From IMG/VR virus record IMGVR_UViG_3300031993_000032: a DNA stretch of 41,569 nucleotides; one strand, written 5' to 3'. The notes under the pieces are model-generated. The model saw only the letters and a list, made by a program, of their open reading frames with translations. It was not told the DNA's origin and made no database searches. Below, piece after piece: positions 18,852 to 27,770 of this stretch. The stretch comes from a virus. Lineage: Duplodnaviria; Heunggongvirae; Uroviricota; Caudoviricetes. Made by a program: the position numbers and the translations under genes. Position 1 is the first letter of the stretch. Each line of letters starts with the position of its first letter.

Positions 18852-18880
18852 AATATAACTTGTACATTTTAAAATGTCAA
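18852..18880 (-). promoter_or_regulatory. sigma70-type promoter for the regulator pair
   Basis: TTGACA-N17-TATATT on minus strand. Confidence 0.75.
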
Positions 18881-18898
18881 GAGGTTTAAAATATTTTT

Positions 18899-19237
18899 CT
18901 ACTTGATTTTTAATGCAGAATTCTTTAAGCTATAGTATGTATTGATAATATGGTTTGGAACTATCGACGTCGAGTCGGACCCGTTCACTACGCATATATA
19001 GTTCATGTAAGGCGCATTGAACTCGCAGTAATAATATTTTTCGGCATCCAATACCCAGACTTGATCCAGTTTAGACGAAAAAGCCGCCATCGACTCTTTT
19101 TCCGCATAGCATTCGTCCGGATACGATACTGAACCTCGTGTGATAGCCTTCCATGCGCCGTTGAACACCTTGCATTCAAGTCGCATAGAGGCGAACAGAA
19201 GAGTAGGAAGGAACAAGAGGAAAAGTATTTTACGCAT
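18899..19237 (-). CDS. Secreted hypothetical protein
   Basis: Signal peptide MRKILFLLFLPTLLFA; GGAGG RBS. Confidence 0.75.
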   Translation of the reverse strand: MRKILFLLFLPTLLFASMRLECKVFNGAWKAITRGSVSYPDECYAEKESMAAFSSKLDQVWVLDAEKYYYCEFNAPYMNYICVVNGSDSTSIVPNHIINTYYSLKNSALKIK

Positions 19238-19601
19238 CGGATACCTCCCCAGACACGTCCTTCATTTCGATGGAATTCAGCATCTGTTCGATGGTTTCCT
19301 TCGTAAGACGGTCGTACATGAGTTCGTACATCGGCGCAATTGCTCCGGCGATGTCGTTCACACGCTGGGAACGAGTCTTGGATTCGTCGCAAGCCAGTTC
19401 GACAAGGTGGGATGCGTAGTTACGAGCGATGATAACGATGGCAGCCTTGCCGATATCGGCATGGTCGGCCATGATTTCCTTGAAGGTGGTATAGGACTTT
19501 TCAGTAATGCGGTTGAAGTTCTGAATCGCAGCATTGATCGAACCAGGCTTCTTCTGGTAGAGCGCATAGCGCTGATCGATATTGTCGTCTGGATGTCTCA
19601 T
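19230..19601 (-). CDS. Hypothetical protein
   Basis: AAGGAG RBS. Confidence 0.8.
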   Translation of the reverse strand: MRHPDDNIDQRYALYQKKPGSINAAIQNFNRITEKSYTTFKEIMADHADIGKAAIVIIARNYASHLVELACDESKTRSQRVNDIAGAIAPMYELMYDRLTKETIEQMLNSIEMKDVSGEVSDA

Positions 19602-19961
19602 AATGAACTCCTTTTGTTAAGAATTTAGCGGCCACGCAGATATGGCGCTGCGTGACCGCCCGTGCTGGTGTTTCCAGCAATTTTGCTCGCCTTACTGATG
19701 CCGTCGAGAGGCAATCCCGTAACCTTTCGGTTCAGTCTACGGCTGATCATCGGTAGGCGTCGGAACCACTTTCTGGAATGCGTGGAACAAGTCTAGCGCC
19801 ACGTCGACATCTTCTTCGCCAAGCAGATTCAAGTCGATTGCGTCGAGCTGATCCTTGAAGTCTTTAAACATAATACAATAAATATAGCAAAACACTGACA
19901 AATATGCACATAATGTACTAATTTAAACGACAGAAAAATTAATCGCTATATAAACTTATGT

Positions 19962-20058
19962 ATATACGAGTTCGTGGTGGTTCTTGTATATTGGAATGAG
20001 TTTTTGAGTGCCAGTTGGATGCTAACCACCACAATAAGCGTCCGACTGGCACTTCTAG
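19962..20058 (+). other. Two-hairpin structure with complementary loops upstream of tnpB
   Basis: Stem 19962-19970/19983-19991 with loop GTGGTGGTT; stem 20006-20023/20037-20054 with loop AACCACCAC. Confidence 0.6.
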
Positions 20059-20069
20059 TTGGTTGTCAG

Positions 20070-21398
20070 ATGATACGAGCCACAAAACATACGCTGAAAT
20101 TCGCCAATACCGGCAAGCGTTCGTCTATCGACACACTGCTTGCTGAATGGCGACGCGTCATGCAGTTGATGTGTGATGACATGTGGCTAAATGGATACCG
20201 ATGGAAAGAGGAAGACGGCTGGCACGAGTTCAAGCCAACCCAATTTAAGTACGAATTGCCGAAATATCTTGATTACAATAGGTTCAATATAGATACGTGG
20301 CTTTCTGCAAGGATGCTTAGTTCTCTTGTTACACAGCTCAGTGGCAAGCTACGCGCAATATGTAGCAAGAATGCTGCCAGATTGTATGTATTCGACAAGG
20401 AAGCCGGAAAAGGAAACTACCTTGAACGCCTATGGGAAACAATCGAAACACGGAATCCGTCAAAGCCGGATTTATCAGATGCCGCTATTGAGATATCGAG
20501 CAAGTGCGCCGAGTTCATCCATACGCCAGATGGCGAGTTCTATGGCTTTCTCCGCATCAAGTCGACTGGATTGCCTATTTTCCATGTACCAATATGCCGG
20601 CAAAAGCATTTATCCAAGTATATGGACGGTACATGGACTAGATGTAACGGTTACCTTATAGACGAATACGGAATCCAGCTCCGCTGGGAGAAGGAATTTG
20701 TCGAGAAAGAGATAGGTAACAAGGTAGGCGCTGACCAAGGATTATTGACTTGCGTATCACTATCTGATGGACAGACTACACCAGATATGGTCGTCAGCGC
20801 ACCTAGAAGTGGCGAACCAGATAGGACTATAACGGTTAATTTAGACACTATAACGGACAAACTGGCTCGTAAGAAGAAAGGCTCCAAGTCATTCGAGCGA
20901 ACTCAGACTGAACGAAGGAATTACATCAACTATGCGGTTAAACGGTTAGATTTTAGCAACATCAAGGAAATCGGCCTTGAGAAAATAACGAATATCAACT
21001 ATGGACGGAATACGTCCAGAAAGATGAAACATTGGTCCAACCCGGAGATAGTCACCAGGTTGACGCAAGTCGCAGAGGAGTTCGGTGTCCGAATCAATCT
21101 GCAATCGAACGCCTACCGATCTCAACGCTGCTCCGGATGTGGACACGTACTCAAGAAGGCGAGGAAGGGAAAGCTATATGTCTGCCCGCTATGCGGGCTT
21201 ACGATGGATGCCGATCTCAATGCGGCCAAAAACCACGCAATAGAGCTACCCGCTATACCTCACTCAACTGAGTTCTCCAAACTGGCAAAGACCGAAGGCT
21301 TCTTCTGGTTGTCTAACGGTTTGTTCAGAATGGATGGTTCGGAGTTAAGAGTCCCGAATACGTCAAAAAGTCAATCGGTATATTTGGTTATATTTTGA
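20070..21398 (+). CDS. tnpB: RNA-guided endonuclease TnpB
   Basis: RuvC-I GADQG, RuvC-II IGLEK, zinc finger RCSGCG...CPLCG, RuvC-III DADLNAAKN; start set to MIRATKH. Confidence 0.9.
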   Translation: MIRATKHTLKFANTGKRSSIDTLLAEWRRVMQLMCDDMWLNGYRWKEEDGWHEFKPTQFKYELPKYLDYNRFNIDTWLSARMLSSLVTQLSGKLRAICSKNAARLYVFDKEAGKGNYLERLWETIETRNPSKPDLSDAAIEISSKCAEFIHTPDGEFYGFLRIKSTGLPIFHVPICRQKHLSKYMDGTWTRCNGYLIDEYGIQLRWEKEFVEKEIGNKVGADQGLLTCVSLSDGQTTPDMVVSAPRSGEPDRTITVNLDTITDKLARKKKGSKSFERTQTERRNYINYAVKRLDFSNIKEIGLEKITNINYGRNTSRKMKHWSNPEIVTRLTQVAEEFGVRINLQSNAYRSQRCSGCGHVLKKARKGKLYVCPLCGLTMDADLNAAKNHAIELPAIPHSTEFSKLAKTEGFFWLSNGLFRMDGSELRVPNTSKSQSVYLVIF

Positions 21399-21437
21399 CT
21401 AACTCTTCGATATTCTCGATAGCCATAATGAAGCACC

Positions 21438-21677
21438 TTATATGGACGGTGTAGTGAATCCAGCTTCGTGTTCGTAGCGGCGCATCAAAGAAAGAAGATT
21501 CTTGGACGCATGGCCAGGGTCACGAGAAGATCCCGGGACGGTCACCCATACGGCGAGGTTGCTTGCCATTACGAGCTTCATGTGCTTGCGACCATTCTTT
21601 TCTATCCAACGGCCACCCTTGATGGCAGCCTTTACCAGGTCGGACATAGTCTTGTCTATTTTTCGTGGTCCACAACG
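21438..21677 (-). CDS. HicA-like dsRBD-fold small protein
   Basis: GRWIEKNGRKHMKL...VTVPGSSRD resembles the HicA GSH-x-K...TVP pattern; AAAGGA RBS. Confidence 0.45.
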   Translation of the reverse strand, partial: RCGPRKIDKTMSDLVKAAIKGGRWIEKNGRKHMKLVMASNLAVWVTVPGSSRDPGHASKNLLSLMRRYEHEAGFTTPSI

Positions 21678-21705
21678 CATTTGATTTTTCCTTTTTGTTA
21701 AGTTG

Positions 21706-21948
21706 TTAGTCTTTCTGTTCGAAGGTAATTTGGGCATCCACATCACCCTTCATGGTCATCGTCCCAGTAAGGTTAGCCTTCATATTGGTAATTGCATACA
21801 AAATGAGCCAACCGACCATAAGTATTGTGCCGTTAGCGACATAGAGTAAGCCGAGAACAAAGTCGTTGTTTACAAAAACCTCATATGCACCGGCTGCATC
21901 GCATGCTATACCGCCAATCGACATCACGATTTTGTAGAATTTCATCAT
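21706..21948 (-). CDS. Small membrane protein
   Basis: GGAGG RBS before MMKFYKIV; two hydrophobic segments. Confidence 0.7.
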   Translation of the reverse strand: MMKFYKIVMSIGGIACDAAGAYEVFVNNDFVLGLLYVANGTILMVGWLILYAITNMKANLTGTMTMKGDVDAQITFEQKD

Positions 21949-21958
21949 CGGTAACCTC

Positions 21959-22255
21959 CTAGTAATCGTACCTTGAATCGTAGAAGGCATCCATTTCCCA
22001 TGTCATGCGACAGTAGCAAGTGTAGATGTCCTCGAACTGTTCGCCTTCGCTCATTTCACGGAACTGTTCACTGTCCTCCAGACGATTCTTGATCAGTTCG
22101 TAGACACCGTCTGGTACGGTGAATGGCTCGATCTTGGTGACAGCCAAGGATTCCTTGGCTTCGATAGTAGCGGCTTCTTCCTGGGAGTCTACCCAAGTGA
22201 CTTTAGGCAGATATGCTGGATTCGGATGAGTCGAGGTTACTTTATACTTTATCAT
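21959..22255 (-). CDS. Hypothetical protein
   Basis: AAAGGA RBS before MIKYKV; first gene after element 22304. Confidence 0.75.
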   Translation of the reverse strand: MIKYKVTSTHPNPAYLPKVTWVDSQEEAATIEAKESLAVTKIEPFTVPDGVYELIKNRLEDSEQFREMSEGEQFEDIYTCYCRMTWEMDAFYDSRYDY

Positions 22256-22328
22256 TGATAATCCTTTTGTTGAAGGGGACGCCAAATGCATACGAGACTA
22301 GGGCAGTCCCGTATGCATTCGATTCAGT

Positions 22329-24005
22329 CTAGGCTACGTTGTTCAAGTAGGTCAGCGAAGCGTTGATCGGACTGGTGCGGTTATATGCGGCTTGGATATC
22401 ATCCATACTGAAGCCGAAGCCGTACACGCTAGAAGTCTTCAAGCGGAGCAGAGTTTCCATGGCATCATGTTCCACATTGTCCAAGAACGTCTGCGAGTGT
22501 GCCGCACTCGTATCGTTGACAATGTGAGCGATGGAGCTACGGAACGCATCTACTTCCTTGTAGTACGCTGCCATACGAGCAATCAGCACACCCAGGTTAA
22601 ACTTGTTGCCTTCCACGTTACGAACCCATACCTTGCGGTTGATATCGACAAGGCAACGGAGCCAGTAGGGGACGACACCAAGTTGACGATGACGGCATTC
22701 GCTCATGGTCTCAATCAGCCAACTAGGTACGTTCAGCGAATTGGTAGTAGTACCATTCACGTAATCGTGGAAAATACTGATTGAGTTGATGGTGCAAGAG
22801 AACACAACGCGAGTGAACAGACGGATTTCATCGTCATTGATGTACACGCCATGCAGACGCTCGTCGGCATCGTTGTTGCTGAGAATCATGTCGCCGTTGC
22901 CGAGCAAGCGTTCGGCACCGCCATGTCCGAGAATGGTCACGGAGTCGGTAGCCGAGCTGACCTTGAACGCAATGCGGCACGGAAGGTTGGCCTTGAGATC
23001 GCCAGTCACCACCTTCACAGAAGGTCTCTGCGTGGCAAGCACCAAGTGGATGCCGACTGCACGGCTCTTCTGTGCGAGTCTCTGCACTATGGAAGTGAGT
23101 TCTGCACCAGCAGTCATCATCAAGTCGGCGAATTCGTCAACCACGCAGACTACGTAGCGCATCTTTTCAACGCAGTCCACACCGATCGGCTGAGTATTCA
23201 CCCATTCGTTGTAGGACTTGATGTTACGATGGCCGTACTTGGTGAGAATAGCATAGCGGCGTTCCATTTCGGTGACGAGCCAACGGAGACCATCGAGTGA
23301 TTCGTTAGGGTCAACGAGGATCTTGCCGTTGATGCAGTTCGGCATCTTCTGGTAATCGTTCAGTTCCACGCCCTTGGGGTCAACGAGCATCAATTCAAAG
23401 TCATTCAAGGACACGTTGCGGAGCAACGAGCAGAGAAGGGAGTTGATGCAGACGGACTTTCCAGAGCCGGTCTGACCAGCAATCAGAAGGTGCGGTGCCT
23501 TCGCCAAGTCGATGGCACGTGCTTCGCCATTGACGGTAACACCGAGTTCAAGCGGAAGCGCCATACCTTCGGTATTGGCCGTATGCACATTACCGAGACG
23601 GACGACCTTGCGTTCCTTTGCGGGAATATCCAAGGCGAGAACACCCTTTTCGGATACGGAAGTGAAGGATGCGCACTTGACCTGGAGCTGCATAGCGATA
23701 TCGTCAGCAAGAGCTTCAATAGTCTTGATGCGGACACCATGCGGCAACTTCAAGTTGACACGAGTAACCACGGGACCGCATTCGATGCTATGCACTTGAA
23801 CGCCAGTCACGCCGAAACTAGAGATAGCGCTAATCACACGGTCACCGAGATCTTCGTCGGCAGAGCCAGAGAGATCGGTGGTCACGTTGAAATAGGTGCT
23901 GTTCTTTATAAATCCGATATTGCTAGTGTCAATGCCATAGAAGGCCACCGAATGGGTGGCGGTCATGTCAAGACCAAAGCCGTTTTCGAAAGTTTCGTTA
24001 GTCAT
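22329..24005 (-). CDS. FtsK/SpoIIIE-family DNA translocase motor lacking TM and gamma domains
   Basis: Alpha domain (GPVVTR...GVRIKTI), Walker A AGQTGSGKS, LVDPK, Walker B VVDEFADLM, ATQRPS, GAERLLGNGDM; GGAGG RBS before MTNETF. Confidence 0.9.
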   Translation of the reverse strand: MTNETFENGFGLDMTATHSVAFYGIDTSNIGFIKNSTYFNVTTDLSGSADEDLGDRVISAISSFGVTGVQVHSIECGPVVTRVNLKLPHGVRIKTIEALADDIAMQLQVKCASFTSVSEKGVLALDIPAKERKVVRLGNVHTANTEGMALPLELGVTVNGEARAIDLAKAPHLLIAGQTGSGKSVCINSLLCSLLRNVSLNDFELMLVDPKGVELNDYQKMPNCINGKILVDPNESLDGLRWLVTEMERRYAILTKYGHRNIKSYNEWVNTQPIGVDCVEKMRYVVCVVDEFADLMMTAGAELTSIVQRLAQKSRAVGIHLVLATQRPSVKVVTGDLKANLPCRIAFKVSSATDSVTILGHGGAERLLGNGDMILSNNDADERLHGVYINDDEIRLFTRVVFSCTINSISIFHDYVNGTTTNSLNVPSWLIETMSECRHRQLGVVPYWLRCLVDINRKVWVRNVEGNKFNLGVLIARMAAYYKEVDAFRSSIAHIVNDTSAAHSQTFLDNVEHDAMETLLRLKTSSVYGFGFSMDDIQAAYNRTSPINASLTYLNNVA

Positions 24006-24025
24006 GTTCAAATCCTCCAAGAGTT

Positions 24026-24054
24026 AATATAACTCTTATTTTTGAATTTGTCAA
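24026..24054 (-). promoter_or_regulatory. sigma70-type promoter for the FtsK-like gene
   Basis: TTGACA-N17-TATATT. Confidence 0.75.
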
Positions 24055-24106
24055 GTGGTTTGCGCAAATTTTATAGAAAAATATCGCAGCCCCGTGCAGA
24101 ATCGCA

Positions 24107-24661
24107 TCAGTCTCCGAAGGTGATGACCTGGTTCTTCTTGTCCTTGCGCATGTTGATTCTGCGGTAGCGGATCTGTTCTTGAACCTTGGGGAACAAGTCG
24201 AAGTCGCCCTCGAACGTCTGCGTGAGCAATTCTTCTGGGTAGTACAGCTTGAAATTGTCAACAGAATCAAAGTACACGCCACGGAAGAAGTTCAGTCCGT
24301 CGTAGGCGGCTAGGATGTCCGGACAGTTCTGTTGATTGTACACTGAGAACATGAAGTCCTTGCCGACTGTATAATCGTAGTAGCAGTCCAGACCCTTCTT
24401 GGACCTGGCGATGCGTACCAGATGGTACACGTTCACAGCCGGACACGTGCCGTCCTTGTACGGCTCGGAGAAGATGCTCCCCACGTAGGGGCACGTAACC
24501 TTTCCGTCCACAATCACTGGCATGGTAGTGTAGCGGTCGCCGGTATTCCAGTTGCCGGAGCGCATGTAGATGCGTACTTCCTTGCGGTCAATGACATTGT
24601 CGAACGCGACCGCCATGGCGGACACGGCGAACACGAGCATGATTATTAACAGGTTCTTCAT
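24107..24661 (-). CDS. Secreted hypothetical protein
   Basis: Signal peptide MKNLLIIMLVFAVSAMA; AAGGAG RBS. Confidence 0.8.
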   Translation of the reverse strand: MKNLLIIMLVFAVSAMAVAFDNVIDRKEVRIYMRSGNWNTGDRYTTMPVIVDGKVTCPYVGSIFSEPYKDGTCPAVNVYHLVRIARSKKGLDCYYDYTVGKDFMFSVYNQQNCPDILAAYDGLNFFRGVYFDSVDNFKLYYPEELLTQTFEGDFDLFPKVQEQIRYRRINMRKDKKNQVITFGD

Positions 24662-24720
24662 AGTAATTCTCCTTTGTGGATGCTATCAAAATGGTCCGCG
24701 AGGGCAGTCCCGCAGACCAT

Positions 24721-24864
24721 TCAGCCAGTCTTGCCGAATCTGATTCGGTCTCTCTCAAGTCGTTCCTTGGTGATCTTCCGGAACAACAGTACGGCATGTT
24801 CCTGTACAGTCAGTCCAGACCATCCGACATCAAGTCCTTTCTTGTAGACTTCGTTGTAGTTCAT
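24721..24864 (-). CDS. 47-aa hypothetical protein
   Basis: ATGA overlap start MNYNEVYKK; last codons lie inside the repeat element. Confidence 0.6.
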   Translation of the reverse strand: MNYNEVYKKGLDVGWSGLTVQEHAVLLFRKITKERLERDRIRFGKTG

Positions 24865-25067
24865 CGGCGTTTCGGGAATTCGCTGTCCAGACCATGCGCC
24901 CACGTACCGTCTATGACGGATAGACCGACCTTCACGCCAAGATGAATCTGGCTAATCTTGTCACGGTCAACCGGACGGCCTTGGACGTATTCGTCAGCAA
25001 GTTCCCTCATCTGGTCAGCGGCCTTGTACAGCATGACCCTTACATCATGTTTCGTATAAATAGCCAT
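24861..25067 (-). CDS. Hypothetical protein
   Basis: AAGGAG RBS. Confidence 0.75.
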   Translation of the reverse strand: MAIYTKHDVRVMLYKAADQMRELADEYVQGRPVDRDKISQIHLGVKVGLSVIDGTWAHGLDSEFPKRR

Positions 25068-25261
25068 AAAAACTCCTTAGTTGAATCTGCGGTGTGCATT
25101 TTGAATGAAACGAAGGGGCAGTCCCGTGCTAGACGGAACCAGTCCCTGCGTATATCTTGTCTTCGGTAGGACAGAACACTTCTTCGCTGTTGCAATCCCC
25201 ACGTAGGTGGGTTGTATATTTTTTTGGTGTCCGTCTTAACTTGGGTAGTAGTCGATGATTT

Positions 25262-25696
25262 TTACTCATTCGGCGCGAGAATCACCTTGAAGAACTTCTG
25301 GTGAACACGCATGAGTTTGTTGTACATACGGTCGCCTTCGTACTTAGCCATGCTATACTTGAGCACGATAGCTGCGGCGAATATCGGATCGTTGTTACTA
25401 GTCGCATAGTGCAAGTAGACGCCATTTTGAACAAGCGTGAGAACACCAACATACTTGTGAGTCTTTCTCACTTCGAGCCAGTTACCGAATCCGTCGGCAG
25501 GGCGCTTCTTGTTCCATCCTTCGTCAAACTCTTTCTTAGTTAGTACACGAAAGTCAGACACGGCTCTGCTATGACGTAGAGACTTGTTGCAAGCGAAATT
25601 GGTGTGGTCGAACTTGGTCTGCATTTCTTGCTTCTTTTGGATATTCAGATCCTTGTTCCATTCGGTAAGATGGCGTTCAAATTCATTGGAAGTCAT
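25262..25696 (-). CDS. Hypothetical protein
   Basis: AAGGAG RBS. Confidence 0.75.
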   Translation of the reverse strand: MTSNEFERHLTEWNKDLNIQKKQEMQTKFDHTNFACNKSLRHSRAVSDFRVLTKKEFDEGWNKKRPADGFGNWLEVRKTHKYVGVLTLVQNGVYLHYATSNNDPIFAAAIVLKYSMAKYEGDRMYNKLMRVHQKFFKVILAPNE

Positions 25697-25720
25697 ATGT
25701 GTCTCCTTGCAAAGTATTGA

Positions 25721-26416
25721 TTATAATTCCACGTTATATACGTCACCAGTGTCGTTAGCTACGACACGAGCGAAATTCGGGAGAAATCCGTCTCCGTTAC
25801 GGAAATCAGTGATCGAACGCATGACACGTGCGGCCTCGAACATCACGCATGCTCCGTAATTGTCCATTATATCACGTACATGATTAATCCTGTACTCCAC
25901 GGTGGATGCCAAGACCTTTCCATTGCTGTCCATCTTATGGAAGCTCACAACGAAGTTGTCGTTGCTTACCAGATGGAATAAGTGTTCCAAAACTTCACTG
26001 AACCGGACAACCAGTCCAGACCATCCACCCAGGCTGACATCACCGTTATTATGGGGAACCTCAATCTTCACCGGAATATGGTAGTTGGTGAACGTGAAGT
26101 ACAGTTCCTTGTCACGGCTACAGTGCGAGAACTGAACGTCCGTGTCATCGCCAACGAACTCGTCGGACATCGACTTAGCGAGGGCCTCGGCCTTCTTCGC
26201 CACGGTCTTCTTGAGCCATCCATATCCGCTGCTCGTCTCGTAGCAGCTATTGGACATGTAGATGGTCACTCGACCGATCCTACGGTTCACTGAATAGGCC
26301 ATACGGCCAGTACCTACATCTGCATGGTACTTCTTGTAAAAATCGGACTCTAAAACCAGCTTCTCAAGCCGAGCTATTAGTTTTTCCTCTGTCGGCGTAA
26401 TCGTCTCATAATTCAC
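25721..26416 (-). CDS. Hypothetical protein
   Basis: AAAGGAG RBS before GTG at 26416. Confidence 0.75.
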   Translation of the reverse strand: MNYETITPTEEKLIARLEKLVLESDFYKKYHADVGTGRMAYSVNRRIGRVTIYMSNSCYETSSGYGWLKKTVAKKAEALAKSMSDEFVGDDTDVQFSHCSRDKELYFTFTNYHIPVKIEVPHNNGDVSLGGWSGLVVRFSEVLEHLFHLVSNDNFVVSFHKMDSNGKVLASTVEYRINHVRDIMDNYGACVMFEAARVMRSITDFRNGDGFLPNFARVVANDTGDVYNVEL

Positions 26417-26487
26417 GGTAAATCTCCTTTGTATGTGCAATTTTCATATAATGACGAGGCAGTCCCGTACACGGGACCGCCAGTCCG

Positions 26488-26655
26488 TCACTTGAACGTC
26501 TTCTTGGCCAGGTGCGGCTTCCCATCGTCTCCGATCACCGGCCACACGACTTGCTTGCCCTTCGTCACGAAGTGGCAGAAGATGTCCTTCTTGTCTACGC
26601 CCTGTTGTACGAGGGATTCGATGAATTCGTTTGCTTGTGTAGTGTAATCAGCCAT
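26488..26655 (-). CDS. 55-aa hypothetical protein not in the ORF track
   Basis: AAAAGGAG RBS; MADYTTQANEFIESL...HLAKKTFK; stop 3 nt from repeat element. Confidence 0.75.
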   Translation of the reverse strand: MADYTTQANEFIESLVQQGVDKKDIFCHFVTKGKQVVWPVIGDDGKPHLAKKTFK

Positions 26656-26680
26656 AATGAGTCTCCTTTTGTTTGACTAG

Positions 26681-27205
26681 TTACCAGTTTCTTGTAGGTT
26701 CGGTTTCTTCGATGCTTGCAGTTCCTGCGTCATATGCGAGACCATACTTGGACGCATCAACGTCTGTATATCCATTGTCTTCCATATGTTCCTTGGCCGT
26801 CTTGAACAAGGACTCGACTTGTTCATCGGTCACGTCGGACACCAAAATCACATCAACCGGAATACGGTTCCTATATACTTCCTCACGTGCGTAGATGCCT
26901 AGCTGCTGTGCAGCACCAACAATTGCCGAACGGATGCTAGAAATACTGTTGATTGCGTATTGCGGTGCGGGAGCGCCGACATACACGTACTTTATGACCT
27001 TTTCCGGCTGTACGAGGATATGGAGTTCCTTCTTGTTCGTGTCACCGTCATCATTAATGACCACATAGTCTCGTGCGATGTCATGGTCGAAGTCCACCGA
27101 CTGCTCGGCAATTTCAGTGGAATCCTCAAATCGAGTTCCCTCTTCGATTACGAGCACGTCGTAGTTATCGACTCCGATTTCGTCTATTACGTCCTGTATT
27201 GTCAT
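26681..27205 (-). CDS. Acidic hypothetical protein
   Basis: AAGGAG RBS. Confidence 0.8.
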   Translation of the reverse strand: MTIQDVIDEIGVDNYDVLVIEEGTRFEDSTEIAEQSVDFDHDIARDYVVINDDGDTNKKELHILVQPEKVIKYVYVGAPAPQYAINSISSIRSAIVGAAQQLGIYAREEVYRNRIPVDVILVSDVTDEQVESLFKTAKEHMEDNGYTDVDASKYGLAYDAGTASIEETEPTRNW

Positions 27206-27226
27206 GATTAAAACTCCTTTTTAATA

Positions 27227-27255
27227 AATATAACTTTTAAATTAAGTTTTGTCAA
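27227..27255 (-). promoter_or_regulatory. sigma70-type promoter
   Basis: TTGACA-N17-TATATT. Confidence 0.75.
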
Positions 27256-27272
27256 TACTTTTTTACTAAAAA

Positions 27273-27761
27273 TTATTTTCTTGCCTTCTGGCTTGCGGCC
27301 AAGTTAGCGTTCATCACCATGTTGTTCAGTTCGCTCTCGGCGGAAAACATCGTCAGCATGTTCTCGAACAAGTCAATAACCTTGTGAGCAAGACCACGGC
27401 GATCGATGTGCCACAACGCGTCGGCGGGTAGCTGTCCGTCAGCATGGATGCTACGGCTGTCATACATGCGGTAGTTCCACCAGATGGTACCGCTGTCGCC
27501 ACTATACAGACGGATTTCGCTGCCCATCCCCCAAAGGCACAGCTCCTCGTAGACGCCCTTCTTCATAAGCAAGCCCAATCCCTTGCTTGCATAGGAGAAA
27601 TTCCAGAACGGACTCTCTCCCCACTTCTCTACGAACGCCTCAAGACGCTCACGGAGACCTCGGTTGATGTCCACGTCGCCGTAATAGCATGATGCATTGT
27701 CGTGGATGAACATCGTCACCGCATCGTTGCGCTTCTGCATTTCCATGTCGATCGTATTCAT
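27273..27761 (-). CDS. Hypothetical protein
   Basis: GAGGA RBS. Confidence 0.8.
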   Translation of the reverse strand: MNTIDMEMQKRNDAVTMFIHDNASCYYGDVDINRGLRERLEAFVEKWGESPFWNFSYASKGLGLLMKKGVYEELCLWGMGSEIRLYSGDSGTIWWNYRMYDSRSIHADGQLPADALWHIDRRGLAHKVIDLFENMLTMFSAESELNNMVMNANLAASQKARK

Positions 27762-27770
27762 TGGTTCCTC

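Larger units (their letters stand above)
19870..21403 (+). mobile_element. Non-autonomous IS200/IS605/IS607-type element carrying only tnpB
   Basis: Boundaries defined by the restored host ORF with an AAC 3-bp junction repeat; lower GC than flanks; no tnpA in the window. Confidence 0.75.
19737..21426 (-). pseudogene. 51-aa gene split by the tnpB element (5' part 21404-21426, 3' part 19737-19869)
   Basis: Removing 19870-21403 restores ATG GCT ATC GAG AAT ATC GAA GAG TTT AAA GAC... = MAIENIEEFKDFKDQLDAIDL...DDQP in frame. Confidence 0.75.

Noticed and set aside
21349-21356. GAGTCCCG in the tnpB 3' end as another element copy
   Set aside because: First base differs, no TAT at the fixed distance, partner pentamer off-spacing; lies in the likely omega-RNA region
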